This document shows, piece after piece, positions 23,830-36,054 of a DNA stretch of 64,000 nucleotides. The first letter of the stretch is position 1, and each line of letters opens with the position of its first letter. A model generated the notes under the pieces. That model was not told the DNA's origin. It worked only from the letters and a program-made list of their open reading frames with translations, and did no database searches. The position numbers were made by a program, and so were the translations under genes. The DNA comes from Centroscyllium fabricii. Taxonomy: Eukaryota. Where the stretch lies: positions 11,284,001 to 11,348,000 of the forward strand of contig JBNRSN020000010.1 of assembly GCA_051313645.2 (NCBI GenBank), in the 5' to 3' direction.

Positions 23830-24470
23830 GGACACAACATCAGACAGTTCACACCAGCATTCGCGATCAGTTTACATGTGCTGATGCTTTGTTTTGTCAG
23901 CAAAATCGATAATATCGTTGAATTCTTCCGAAGCGTCGAATATAAACAGCAATCTCTCTGCGTCCTTCCGGAGCTGTCCCAGATTAAGCCCAAAGTAACG
24001 ATACAGATCCAGTATCAGATTCCTCAGGTTTATTGTACTTTTAATAGGGTTCAAATCCCGGAATTTAAAATTGAAAACAAATTCAAAGTGTGGGTAAGTT
24101 TTCCCAGTAGCCCAGTCATGGAAAATCTTTTGTACCATTATGGTTTTTCCAATCGACGAGACTCCACTCACTGCTCCTGAACTCGCAGAGAACGATATTC
24201 TCCGGGAATACTGCACTGAAATAATTGATCAGTTCGGATTTTTCCAGTTCTCTCCAGAAATATTTTTGTCTCCACACTTCATGATCTCGTCCTCCTGCCA
24301 GCAGTTTATGTTCTAAAAGTGTCCGATCTCAAAAACACTAGAAATTACCTTTAGCTCAGTATATCGATCAACCAGCTGGAAAATATTAAACTTCTCCTTT
24401 ATAAGTTTAGTGTTCACCCTCAGTGTTTCAGTTTGTACCTGGAGTGTTTCGTTTAGCTTCCTTTGAAGAT
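23830..24470 (-). pseudogene. NACHT-domain (NLR) exon remnant
   Basis: Acceptor ttgaag|atctt at 24470. DLQRKLNETLQVQTETLRVNT..FQLVDRYTEL..GRDHEVWRQK..RTDQLFQ, degenerate Walker A GVSSIGKTIMVQKIFHDWA, FEFVFNFKFRDLN, Walker B LLFIFDASEE. Frameshifts and stops; truncated after CWCELSDVV. Confidence 0.85.
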
Positions 24471-24864
24471 CTTCAATTCGAAGAGACGGAAAGTGGTGTC
24501 AATGTTAGTATTGTCAAAGAAATCTCTGATAAGCTGCTCTGCTTTTCAGTAAAATATAACACGAACGTTTCGAAATTTAATCTTAGAAAGTTAGAATACC
24601 AAATCAATTCATGTAAACCTTGGTCAACAGGATATTTCTGAGAGAAGATTCAAATGTACGTGGGACAGTTTAAGTTAACTTGGCGAGCTGCCTGAATCTC
24701 AAATGTTCCCTTTGATAGTGACCACTATCTATCATAGATTGTACTGCAGACATCTCATCACAAATCCACAGGTGATTCTGGTTATGTGGCTGCCGTGGTT
24801 ATAATGGATAAAGGATTGATCCTCCCACCCAGCAGAGCTGATCTTCTATAAAATTAAAAAATGT

Positions 24865-25365
24865 TAATTGGGCTGCACTGAGAGGGAGAGAGGCTCACAA
24901 TATACTGATTGAGTAGCACAGAGTCACAGGTTGTCAATATAATGATTGTGCAGCACTTAGAGAGCGACAGACTCACAAGGAACTGAGTGAGCAGCAGGGA
25001 GAGAGGTACAGATTCAAATGTACTGATTGGCCAGCACTGAGAGAGGGGCAGACTCACAATGTTCTGATAGGGCAGCATTGAGAGGGGGACAGGCATACAA
25101 TGCACTGATTGGCCAGCACTGATAGAGGGGCAGACTCACAATGTTCTGATAGGGCAGCATTGAGAGGGGGACAGGCATACAATGCACTGATTGGGCAGCA
25201 CTGAGAGAGGGACAGGCTCACAATGTTCTGATAGGGCAGCATTGAGAAGGGGACAGGCATACAATGCACTGATTGGGCAGCACTGAGAGAGAGACAGGCT
25301 GACAATATGCTGATTGGGTAGCAACGAGAGAGGGACAGACTCAAAACGTACTGATTGGGCCACAA
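24865..25365. repeat. 41-bp minisatellite with an 82-bp dimeric higher-order repeat
   Basis: ccagcactga at 25031 and 25113. Alternating ..ctcacaatgttctgatagg and ..catacaatgcactgattgg monomers. Confidence 0.9.
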
Positions 25366-25449
25366 TTATTTGATCAGGTCTCGAGAGACTTCTTGGGAAA
25401 TTCTACACATTTACGGTTAACATATCACAGGGAAAGATTAATATCATTG

Positions 25450-26330
25450 TGAAGGTAAAATGGGGGTTGGCAACAACAGCCTAAATTGACATAGCCCCAG
25501 TAACTTATTACAAACGACCCAAAAGGCTTGGCAGGAGCGTTATCAGATTAAATGAAACACTGAGCCAAATAAAGATACATTAGAACGGGTGACAAAAAGC
25601 CTTATCAAACAGGTAGACTTTTAAGAGTGAACAGGTGATAAGTAGAGGCGGATAGCATTGGAGAGTGAATTCCAGATTTCAAGGTCTAGGATACTGAGAA
25701 CTCAGCTGCCAATAGAGGAGGGGTGAAAAGCAGGATAAACAAAGTTCAAAATTGAGGAGTGCAGAGATCTCGAAGAGTTGTAGGTCTGGAGCAAATTGCA
25801 GAGATAACAATTGTCATGGTCATGCAGGGATTGAAAACAAGGATGCTAATTTCAAAATAAAGGCGTTTCCAGACCGGGAGAAGGTGTAGGTCAGAGAGCA
25901 CATGGGTGATGACTGAAGGGGACTTGGTGCGAGTTCCAATAGGTGCAACAGAGATTTTCTTAAGCTCACCCTTACAGAGTATGGAACGTTGGTGGTAGGC
26001 AACTCTTAGACTGTTGGAAACACTGATGCTGGAGATAACAAGGGCATATATGAGGATGTCAGTACTAGATGGGCTGAGGCGGGGCTCAGACAGCAAATGT
26101 TACGGAGTTGAATGTAGGTAGCCTTGTTGATGGAGAGGGCATAGGAGTGAAATGTCAGCTCAGGATCTAATTGCATGCATTGCTTATAAACAGTCTGGTC
26201 CAGAATCACACAGTTGCCAAGGAGAAGGATGGAGACGAAGGCTAGTGAGTGTAGATTTTGGTCACGACCAAATAATATGTCTTTAATTTTTCAATAATTA
26301 ACAGGAAGTAGTGTTGATTAGTCAATACGT
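25450..26330 (-). mobile_element. L2 LINE 3' fragment
   Basis: LDPELTFHSYALSINKATYIQLRNI and ITHVLSDLHLLPVWKRLYFEISILVF. Confidence 0.8.
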
Positions 26331-26560
26331 TTTGTCGGACAAGCTTGGTGACACATCAGAAACAGTGCAGGGCCTGAGAGAGGCTGGTGCAGTAGAGTTG
26401 AGTCACTTCAGTGGTTTCAATGCAATTCGAGACGAGATCGCTATTGACTGTATAATGACGGATGATTCCAGTTCTCTCGCTGTAGACAGCTTCAGTGATT
26501 CATTATTCAAGTGAAATTGCAGATTTCTGGGATTTGAATTGGTGTCAGATCGTTTAATTT

Positions 26561-27318
26561 GGACCAGAAATTCGGGTCGGAGGATTCCCGCGGCTGCAAG
26601 CCTCCGACATGCACTGACCTAGTGCGCTGGCTATTAAGGTGTGGGCCCTCGTGCGATTGCGGAACTGGGCCTCCTCCAACTGCCTTCGCGCAGTACTTGC
26701 GTATTCCAGGGACGTAGTTATTTTGATGCTTCCCGTGGGATCACGTGGGCCCTGGAGAGCCAATGGGAGCAGGGAATTGCCCAGTCATAAAATTGACAGG
26801 AATAGTTGTGAAAAGTATAAATACCATATGCCCAAAACATCCCTAAAACTTCAAATCTGTTTTTAAAAAATACCACAATTTTAAAATAATTATAATTTAC
26901 TGAAAATAACTATTTTGAACCAAAATGTTAATTTTGAAAAATTAATTACATTTTCAGTTGGAGCTAAAAATAAGCTTACCTCTCTTTAAAGTATTTTAAA
27001 ATAATAAACCTGTGAAAAAAGTGTTTTACTTTAAATTAATTAACCACGTACCTTAACAACAGGCATTATGACTGCATTTTACATGTGTAACATTTGGAGA
27101 CTTAACCTCCCAAAAGAACATGGAAAAAAACGTACATTCCATGCGCACGCACTGCCTCTCCTGCACACGCGTTCCACTTCTGAACCGCTTCTTTCACGGG
27201 AATGTCAGTTCCGGTTTCCCGCGCATATGCAGTTCATGCATGTAACCGGCACTTTCGTTGGGCCTACGCGTGAGTATTCAGCAGGTACTCACGCGTTGGG
27301 ACCAGAATTTCTCGACCA
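26561..27318 (-). mobile_element. Harbinger-type MITE, about 750-bp family
   Basis: ggaccagaaatt...aatttctcgacc imperfect TIRs. 11-bp-stem hairpin at 27266-27296. Homologous to 16189-16949. Confidence 0.72.
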
Positions 27319-27519
27319 TTGAGTTTATTTGTCATTTTTTTTTCAAGATTCAGTTGCTTTCAGTTCAGTGTAGATGCAAATAAAGATGTGACATCGCTGC
27401 CTGAATCCAGACCCGGGCTAGCCGTGTTCGTCTGGCTCCAGGCTGAAGGATCGCTCTAGTGATGCGATTAGCATTGAACGCACAAACTGTGTGCTTTGCA
27501 CTGGGATTTAGTAACAGTT

Positions 27520-28525
27520 AAGAACATAAGAACATAAGAAATAGGAGCAGGAGTAGGCCAATCGGCCCCTCGAGCCTGCTCCGCCATTCAATAAGATCAT
27601 GGCTGATCTGATCCTAACCACCAATCTACTATCACAGAACCATATCCTGAATCTAACAGAATTACCCACACGAAATAGGAGCAGGATCAGGCTACACGGT
27701 CCCTGGGCCCGTTCCACTACCCACAGGGCCATGACCGATCTGAACCTAGACTCATGTCCAAATTCCTGCCCGCTCCCCGTAACCCTTAATCACTTTTACT
27801 TCTAGGAAGCTGTCTATTTCTGTTTTAAATTTATGTAATGATGTAGCTTCTACAGCTTTTTTGGCCAGTATGTTCCATGGATCTACTACCCTCTGAGTGA
27901 AGTAGTTTCTCCTCATCTCAGTTTTGAAAGAGCAGCCCCTTATTCTAAGATTATGCCCCCTAGTTCTAGTTTCACCCATCATTGGGAACATCCACCCCGC
28001 GTCCACCCGATCCAACCCCTTCACAATCTTATATGTTTCAATAAGATCGCCCCTCATTCTTCTGAACTCCAATGAGTAGAGTCCCAATCTACTCAACCAC
28101 TCCTCATATATCCAACCCCTCATCGCTGGGATTAACCGAGTGAACCTGCTTTGTACCGACTCGAGAGCGAGTATGTCCTTTCTTAAGTATGGACACCAAA
28201 ACTGTACACAGTATTCCAAGTGTGGTCTCACCAATACCTTGTACAACTGAAGCAATTGCTCCCTATTTTTATATTCTATCCCCCTAGCAATGAAAGCCAA
28301 CATTCCATTGGCCTTCTTAATCACTTGCTGCACCTGCATACTAACCTTTTGAGTTTCGTGCACCAGGACCCCTAGATCCCTTTGTACTACAGTACTTTCC
28401 AGTTTCTTGCCATTAAGATAATAACTAGCGCTTGGTTTTTCCTGCAAAAGTGCATAACCTCACACTTTCCAGTATTGTATTCCATATGCCAAATCTCTGC
28501 CCACTTACTTAGCCTGTCTATGTGC
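27520..28525 (-). mobile_element. Young CR1 LINE 3' fragment
   Basis: Open 231-aa ORF2 C-terminus, close to the one at 37529-39115. (TTCTTATG)n tail. Confidence 0.95.
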
Positions 28526-28754
28526 TGTTAGCTTTAATTTCAATGTAAATTGCCTTAATTGTCTGTAGTACATGTCTGTAGTACATGTGTTCACAATGAG
28601 TGAACCAACTATCCACGGGCACATTGGTTGTAAATGCAGCAGAAGATAGTGAAATAGTTTTTTTCTGACAAGATGTTTTGCAATTAGGGTTTCACACTAT
28701 TCTCAGAAGAATATAAATGCTGCCGGGAGGAGTACATGTTTCCCGTTTATATAG

Positions 28755-29170
28755 AAGGTAAGACGTTGTAGTCCTGCTTCCATTATTTGAAGGAGATGCT
28801 CCCGGATTTTGGACACCACTTCAGTCCCACGCTCCTAATCTTTCGTCGCAGTTATGGAGATGAGCGGGCCGATCGGGGGAACTCCTCGTAGGACTGCTCC
28901 TGGGCCTGACCAAAGTGGCCATCAACCGGTCTAGGCAGCGTGTGGTGGAGGGAATCGTTTTGTTTGACTGACCGCCTCTCTTCCCTGGCTACGTTTCACC
29001 CGGGTGGCCCTGGAGATGGAGCACCCGGTGTACGCCGGCAGGCTCGAAACCTCCTCCATACTCTGCACACCAGAGCGACTGTAATGCATCATCACCGCTG
29101 GCAACAACATTTTAATTTAATTTGTTAAGTTTGATTTAATGTTTTTTATTATGTTACAGTTTATTTGTTT
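28755..29170 (+). mobile_element. Tx1/L1-clade LINE 3' remnant
   Basis: Translates as LVGLLLGLTKVAINRSRQRVVEGIV..LFPGYV..ALEMEH, matching my recollection of the fish Tx1 ORF2 C-terminus. T-rich 3' UTR. Confidence 0.6.
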
Positions 29171-31314
29171 GTTGATTCCACCAAAAGAGCAACAATAGAA
29201 ATTCTGCCCTTGTATGATTAATTATTTGCGTTTATTGGGCACAGTCAGCAAATTGGCAGACAGCTTGTCTTCATCCCGTCCGGGATGAAGAGCAATGTCC
29301 TACAACTAAACATATGGGAAGACCGGAGCCATTTAAAACCTTCCAATTAAATTGGTACATGTACTTATTTCATGGATCAGCATTTTTTTAATCTCAAATT
29401 AACTATTTGTTAGTGCCTATGTTTACAACTTCCTGTTTTGATACTCACTAAATGACTTATAATGTTTTATACATCCTGCAAGTAATGTGGTTGAACTTCA
29501 GAAAGAGATTCCCAGCCAGATATTCAATGTTAATTTTCACGATTACAATATATAATTTATAAAGGTAATAGAAAAAGTTCTTTTGCAAGTCTATCGTTCG
29601 ATTATATTTTTTGTTCTGTAAATATTTGATTTGAAAGGTCACAATTGGTTGGTGAAACCTGACAGATATTCAATTTATTTAAATTTCTTATTCAACTCCA
29701 CAAGTAATTAAATGATACTCGGTCGACGAAAAATTATCTCCACCAACTAAACCTGCACAGTTTAGATCTGCTTTTAATAACGCAGCCTCCACCTGACTAA
29801 TCGTCTGTGTGCTGGGTACTTTGTTCTAAACAACTTTATTCATCACAACAGAAATATCTCAGGATGAATGAGATTAGTTTACATTATATCTGCATCAAAT
29901 CAATTCAAACAGCTCTGCAGTCAGCTACTTTTAAGCGAGGAGTGTGTTAAACACATTTTCTCTCTCAATATTCATGACCTTTTTCATTGCAAGTGACAGA
30001 TACATTCGCATGTAATTTTTCGTAAAATTGCTTTGTTGCACTGTTAAGTAAACATGTAAGGGCGGACGAATTGTTCTTAAATCAAAATAAAATTAAGCAA
30101 ATTGTAAACACTGCTGTCGCATGTTTGTTTTTGAATCGGGGAAATGCAAAGTGGTGATTTCTTCACTGGAGATCTTTTTTACGATGTGAAACAGGCTCCT
30201 TCACTTGCTTTCACCAACCAGAATAAACATGTCAGTAATTGCTGGATATCTGCTGGACAAACAGCCCGACTCTGTGCCAACATTTCGTTTTTTCTCAGGC
30301 GGTGCAGAGGATCTGTCATGGCAAGATCGCAAGGTCAGGATTTAGCGCATGCGCAGAAATACCGAACTGGCGGAATGTTTCAAAGGGGTATGATGATGTT
30401 GTTTCGGAGTACACCGTCATACACACCTCCAAATCCGGGAAAATGTAAGAGGACACTCAGCATGAGCCGCCAATGGAATGTCCCTCGAATAGAAACCTGA
30501 CTGGTTGCTTTGTAACAATTACTGTTTAATTATCGGGGATGCTAATGTCCCTAACTTGTTGAACGGATCAAATTGATGTGCAATAATTTCTCTTTGCGTC
30601 CGAGAGAAAGTTATGTTTACCGTCTTACAGCAAACATATTGAACCGAGTAAAATATAAATCTAGTTCATTTTTGGTAGCCTCTCCCTTTAAATTGGCTGT
30701 TGTGGTTTGTAACCCATCACCCCACCAAACACGCAGATCTGTGGCGTGGCCGGTCAGTGTGATGTCCTCCCTTAGATCAACACATTTCATCTTCTATAGA
30801 AATCTAACATGTGGTACCTTGCCAAAGACTGATATGGAATTCATGGGAACACAACATACCCAAACACCAAAAGAACATGAGAAATAGGAAAAGGTGTAGG
30901 CCATGTAGACCTTTGGAACTTGCTTAGCCATTCAATAAGATCATAGCTGATCTTCAGCCTCATCTCCACGTTCCTGCATTGTTCCTATATCCCTGGATTC
31001 CCTTAATATTCAAAAATATATCGACAACTGTCTTGAATATAATCAACAAGTGAGCCTCCACAGCCATCTGGTGCGGAGAATTCCAAAGATTTACCTTAAT
31101 CTGAGTGAATAAATTACCATAATCTTATTCCTAAATGGCCGACCCATTATTATGAGACTGTGAACCCTGGTTCTAGACTTCCCAGCGAGAGGAATCATCC
31201 TCTCTGCATCTACTCTGTAAATTCCTGTAAGGATTTTGTATTTGTCAATTAGATCACCTCTCATTCTTCTAAAATGTACAAAATATAAGCATATTCTGCT
31301 CAAGTTCTCCTCGT

Positions 31315-31695
31315 TGCATTGATCAACTTGATTGCAAATGACGATTATATTGCTGTGTTATTCCATGGTAATGTTCTATTGCATTGTAAAACACTTGCAT
31401 ATTGCAAAGTGATATTCCATTGCAATGTCATTTTGCATTGCAAAAGACAATCATATTGCAAAGCGAGATTCAATTCAAATGTACTATTGCATTGCAAATT
31501 AATTTAACATTCCATTAAAACTTTCTAATGTATTGCAAATGTCTAGCATATTGCAAAGAGATATGACATTGCAATTACGATTGCATTGCAAAGCGAAATT
31601 GCTTTGCAATGTTATATTGCGCTGCAAATGACGATCATATTGCTACATTCCAATCTGATATTGCATTGCAAATCACTCTTAAATTGCAAGGTAAT
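31315..31695. repeat. Degenerate ATTGC/TTGCAAA-rich tandem repeat
   Basis: Many attgcattgcaaa-like motifs at irregular short spacing. Confidence 0.75.
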
Positions 31696-31699
31696 TATC

Positions 31700-32425
31700 T
31701 ATTGGGTGCCCTTGTGCAGCAGTCGCTGAATGTAAGCATGCCGGTGCAGAAGGCCTTTAAGAAGGCAAATGGAATGTTGGCCATCATAGCGAAGGGATTC
31801 GAGGACAGGAGCAAGGATGACAGTCTGCATTTGCACAGGACCTTGGTGAGACCACACTTTGAGTATCCTATGCAGTTTTGGTCGCCTTTTCTGAGGAAGG
31901 ATGTTGTTGCCATGGAGGGAATGCAGCAAAGGTGCAGCAGAATGATACCTGGGATGGCAAAACTGACATATGCAGAGAGATTCGGTCGATTAGGCGTATA
32001 TTCGCTAGAGTTTTGAAGAACCAGAGGGGATCTAACAGAAACTTCTAAAATGTTAGCAGGACTGGACATACTAGATGCAGGAATGATGTTCCCGATGGTG
32101 GGGGAATCCAAAACCACAGGTCACACTATAATGATAAGGGGTAAGCCATTTAGGACTGAGATGAGCAGGAATTTCTTCACCCAGGGAGTGGTGAATATGT
32201 GGTATTCTCTACCACAGATGGCAGAAAAGGCCAATTCAATATATATATTCAAGAAGGAGTTAGATATATTTCTTAATGCTAAAGGGATCATGGGGTATGG
32301 GGAGAAAGCAGGGAGAGGGTACTGAATTTGCATGAGCAACCATGATCTCATTAAATGGTGGAACAGATACGAGGGGCCGAATGGACTGCTCCTGCTCCTA
32401 TCTTCTATATTTATATGTTTCTATA
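31700..32425 (+). mobile_element. CR1 3' fragment
   Basis: KKANGMLAIIAKG..LVRPHFEY..RTEMSRNFFTQ. Tail atgtttctat. Confidence 0.9.
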
Positions 32426-34826
32426 GGACGATCCCCCGTCCCAGGAAAGAATGTGCTGAACCTTCGTTGCACTGCCTATATGGCTAGTATATACTTCCTT
32501 GGGTAAGGAAACTAAAACTGTGCAAAGTACACCAGGAGTGGTCGCACCAGAGTCCTATATAATAGTTGTAAGAGGTCTTTAATCATATACTCAAATCCCT
32601 ATATCTGTTAGATCCTCAAATAATTTACTGAGCTCCAGCAGACCTTCCGTTTTGGATACTGCTGGGCAAATGGCTTCTCAGGGGAATGCAGAAAGAGTCA
32701 AATCCGTGCCACTACCAGTGGCACAGTTGCACAGGAGTGGAGGAAAGAGAGTGGAAGAACAATGGTGATGTGGGATTCTAACGTAAGGGGAACAGATAGG
32801 CGATTCTGTGGCCGCTGACGTGACTACATGATGATATCTGGACTCACTGTCGCCAGGGTCAAGGATGTCACTGAAAGCCTGCAGGGCATTCTGAAAGGGG
32901 AAGCGTGAAACGTCAGAGGTCGTGTTTCGCATTGGTACCAACGACATAGGTAGAAAGAGGGATGAGGTCAAACAAAAAATAATTAGGGAGCTAGATAGAT
33001 GGTTAAAAGCAGGACCTGAAATGTTGTAATTTATGGATTACTCCCTGTGCCACGTGCTAGTGAGTATAGGAATAGGAAGTTAGAGCAGATGAATGCATGG
33101 TTAAAGAGTTAGGGCAGGAGGGAAAGTTTTAATTTCTTGCATCACTGGGCCTGCTTCTTGGGAATGTGGGACTTGTACATGTCAGACGGTTTGCACCTGA
33201 ACCAGAACGGGACCAACATCATTGTGGGGAAGTTTGCTATTGTTGTTGGGGGGCGGGGGTTAGTTAAACAAATTTGGCAGGGTTTTGGAATACGTAGTGG
33301 AGCACTAGTGGGGGGGTTATCCACAGCCAATTATAGAGGGAAAAAACAAATCGGCATGGAAGGCAAAGCAAACATATATTAACCCGAGGGACTATGGCAT
33401 GGCTGTATGGCATGTACATTAAAGCAAGGAGATTTGCGAGTAAAAAGGATGAATTGAGTTTGTGAAGAGCACATTAGAGTATGATATTTTTGCTCTCACC
33501 GATACATGGTTGAGGGACTGGGCGTACTGGCCGCTCAATTTAATGGGGTATAGAATATTTAGGGATAGACAGAAGGGGCTGTGAATGAGGTGGGGGTTTC
33601 GCGATATTAACCATGGCTTCACTTACTAATGTAAGGAGGGATGAGATCTTAGCATTTCCTCTAAAGCGTCCATATGGGTAGAACGTTAAAATACTAAACG
33701 GTGCAATCACTTTGCTGATAGTATACTATCGGCCCCCAAACAGTCAGGGGGAGAGGGAGGAACAGATATTTAGACAAATCTCAGAGATGTGCAGAAATAA
33801 TAGGGCAATAATAGTAGGGGATTTCAACTTCCCCAATATTTACTGGGACAGTATGATTATGAAAAGTTTAGAGGGCGCGGAATTCTTAAAGTGCATCCAG
33901 GAGAAAATTTTGTGAAAGCATTTAGAAAGTCCTACGAGAGAGGCGATGGTACTTGACCTAATTCTGGGGAATGTATTCGGGGAAGTGGTTGAAATTTCTA
34001 GGTAGTAGTGCATTTTGGTGACAGTGACCATAATTCGGTGAGATTTATGGTAGTCATGGAAAAGAAAATATAAGGACTGGAAATAAAGGTTTTTAATTGG
34101 GGGAAGGTCGATTTAAGGTGATATGGCAGGATCTGGCCAAAGTGGACTGGGATCAGCTACTTGCCGGAAAATCCACATCAGAGCAGTGGGAGCCTTTCAG
34201 AAAAGAAATAGAGAGAGTACAATGCCAACCTGTTCCAATGAAGGTCAACTGTTGGACCAACAAGCGCAGGGAACCCTGGATGGCAAGGGATATACAACAA
34301 TGAATTAGGAGTATAGAAAGTGCAGGGGCTTACGTAAAAATGGAAATTAGGAGACCGAAGTGGGGACATGAAAAAACACTGGTGGGCAAGATAAAGGAAA
34401 ATCCCAAGGTGTTATGTAAGTACATTGAGGGCAGGACGTAACTTGTGAAAACCTAGGGCCCATTAGGGACCATAATGACAAACTGTGTGTAGAGCTGGAA
34501 GATATTAGTGAGGTTTTCAATGAATATTTTGCATCATTTGTGTTCACTGTGAAGAAGGACGATGTAGGCCTAGAAATCAGGCAGGGGGATTGTGAAATAC
34601 TTGAATAAATTACTAATGAGAGCATGGAGGTCCGAGCGGTTTTCACCGACTTAAACGTGGATCAATACAAGCCCCAGCCGAGATGTATCCCAGGGTGCTC
34701 TTTAAGGCAAGGAAATAGATTGTAGGGGATCTGACACATTTTTAGAAACTCTCCGGCCACAGGGGAGGTGACAGAGGACTGCAGGACAGCAAATGTAGTG
34801 CCATTCTTCAACAAGCGTAGTCGGGT

Positions 34827-35605
34827 TGTTGGATCGTGAAAATAGGCCTGTGAAATAGGCCTTACTCCTTGAGACTTTAAATGCATTAAGCAAAGCCATG
34901 GAACTGTATTATTATTGAAAATCATGTTTAAAGAAAGATTAATTTCACTTGTATATATATATATATATATATATATCTTTTTAAAAATGTTATGGTAAGA
35001 ATCTGAGAATATTTAGAAATAGCAACCCTGCTAGAATCCACAAATGCAGCTGGATGTTGAGGAAGATAAGGTTGATAAACAAATTAATGCTGCCTTTGAT
35101 TTAGAATCTTCTATCGCTCTCTCTAATGTTCACTTGACCTCAGAAGCTAGCATTTTTATCACAGTGAGCTTTTCCCAAGAAAAATAATGAAGTGTTCGGC
35201 ACGAAGGAGGGAAGAGATAAGGATGGGATAACCTACCGTTGCAGACATAGAGTCTCGTTCCCAAGATAAGATGGAGTCAAGTGTCCAAAAAATATAAATG
35301 GTCTGTTAAATGTCGCCTTACACCTAAGGCACCTCAGGGCGGCTCCTAACGTTGAGTGACGAAACACACTAACCAAGAGTGATTCTGTTCGTACAGGTAC
35401 GCCCACTTCTGTAACTCATGGGCGGTACCACCTAAAAGGTGTATCAATGCTGGTAGAACGTATTTGTTTTGAGAATACAGTTCCAAGCTTGAGGAGGCTT
35501 GATCTATCACCATTGTGCCAGGACTTGTATGGACATTTTAATAAAACGTTTACTTCATATTCAATTACCTCCCCGCCTAGAGGTTCATCGAATTCGAATC
35601 TAACC
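34827..35605 (+). repeat. 5' LTR
   Basis: tgttggatcg..aataggcctgtgaaataggcc start, aataaa at about 35540, ends aatctaacc. Confidence 0.88.
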
Positions 35606-36054
35606 GCTTTTGTCTGAAGAGGAGAGCAGGGAGCAGGCAGGACGTAAAATCGGTCGGTTTGGGAGGGAACACCAACGTAGAAGAGGGGCAGCCTTAGAGT
35701 TTGGAGAAGGTCGCCTGACTACCCTCTGGGTGTTGCGATGGATCCCCAAACTAGAGGCAGGGATTCGCCCGGACAACCTCTACAGAAGGCACGGCATTTG
35801 ATTTTGTATAAGGGCCCCTGGCGCCCCTCAGGCTAAACGTGTTGCACTCGTGATAGACCTCTTCTGCTGCTTCAGTATTAATGGCATCCACATAGTTAAA
35901 TTACTCCTGAAGTAAACAACGGATTGTCGGAATTGACAATACCTGCATGTGTATAAGGTGTTGTAGAGTATAAGGTGTTACGTTTGTGCTGATTAAAGTA
36001 TAAGATTATACTAAAGTAATTTAAAGCATAAGATTGAACATGAGTGAAGAGGGG

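Larger units (their letters stand above)
30880..32600 (-). mobile_element. CR1 3' fragment (30880-31314 plus 32426-32600), split by an insertion
   Basis: FRRMRGDLIDKYKILTG remnant. ..ttctcctcgt at about 31314 continues as ggacgatccccc at 32426. Confidence 0.75.

Noticed and set aside
27390-27510. Possible snRNA/snoRNA-like GC-rich stretch
   Set aside because: No match to 5S, 7SK, U3 or U11 as I recall them; needs an Rfam search.
35606-35650. Primer-binding site after the 5' LTR
   Set aside because: No convincing TGG-initiated match to a tRNA 3' end by eye.
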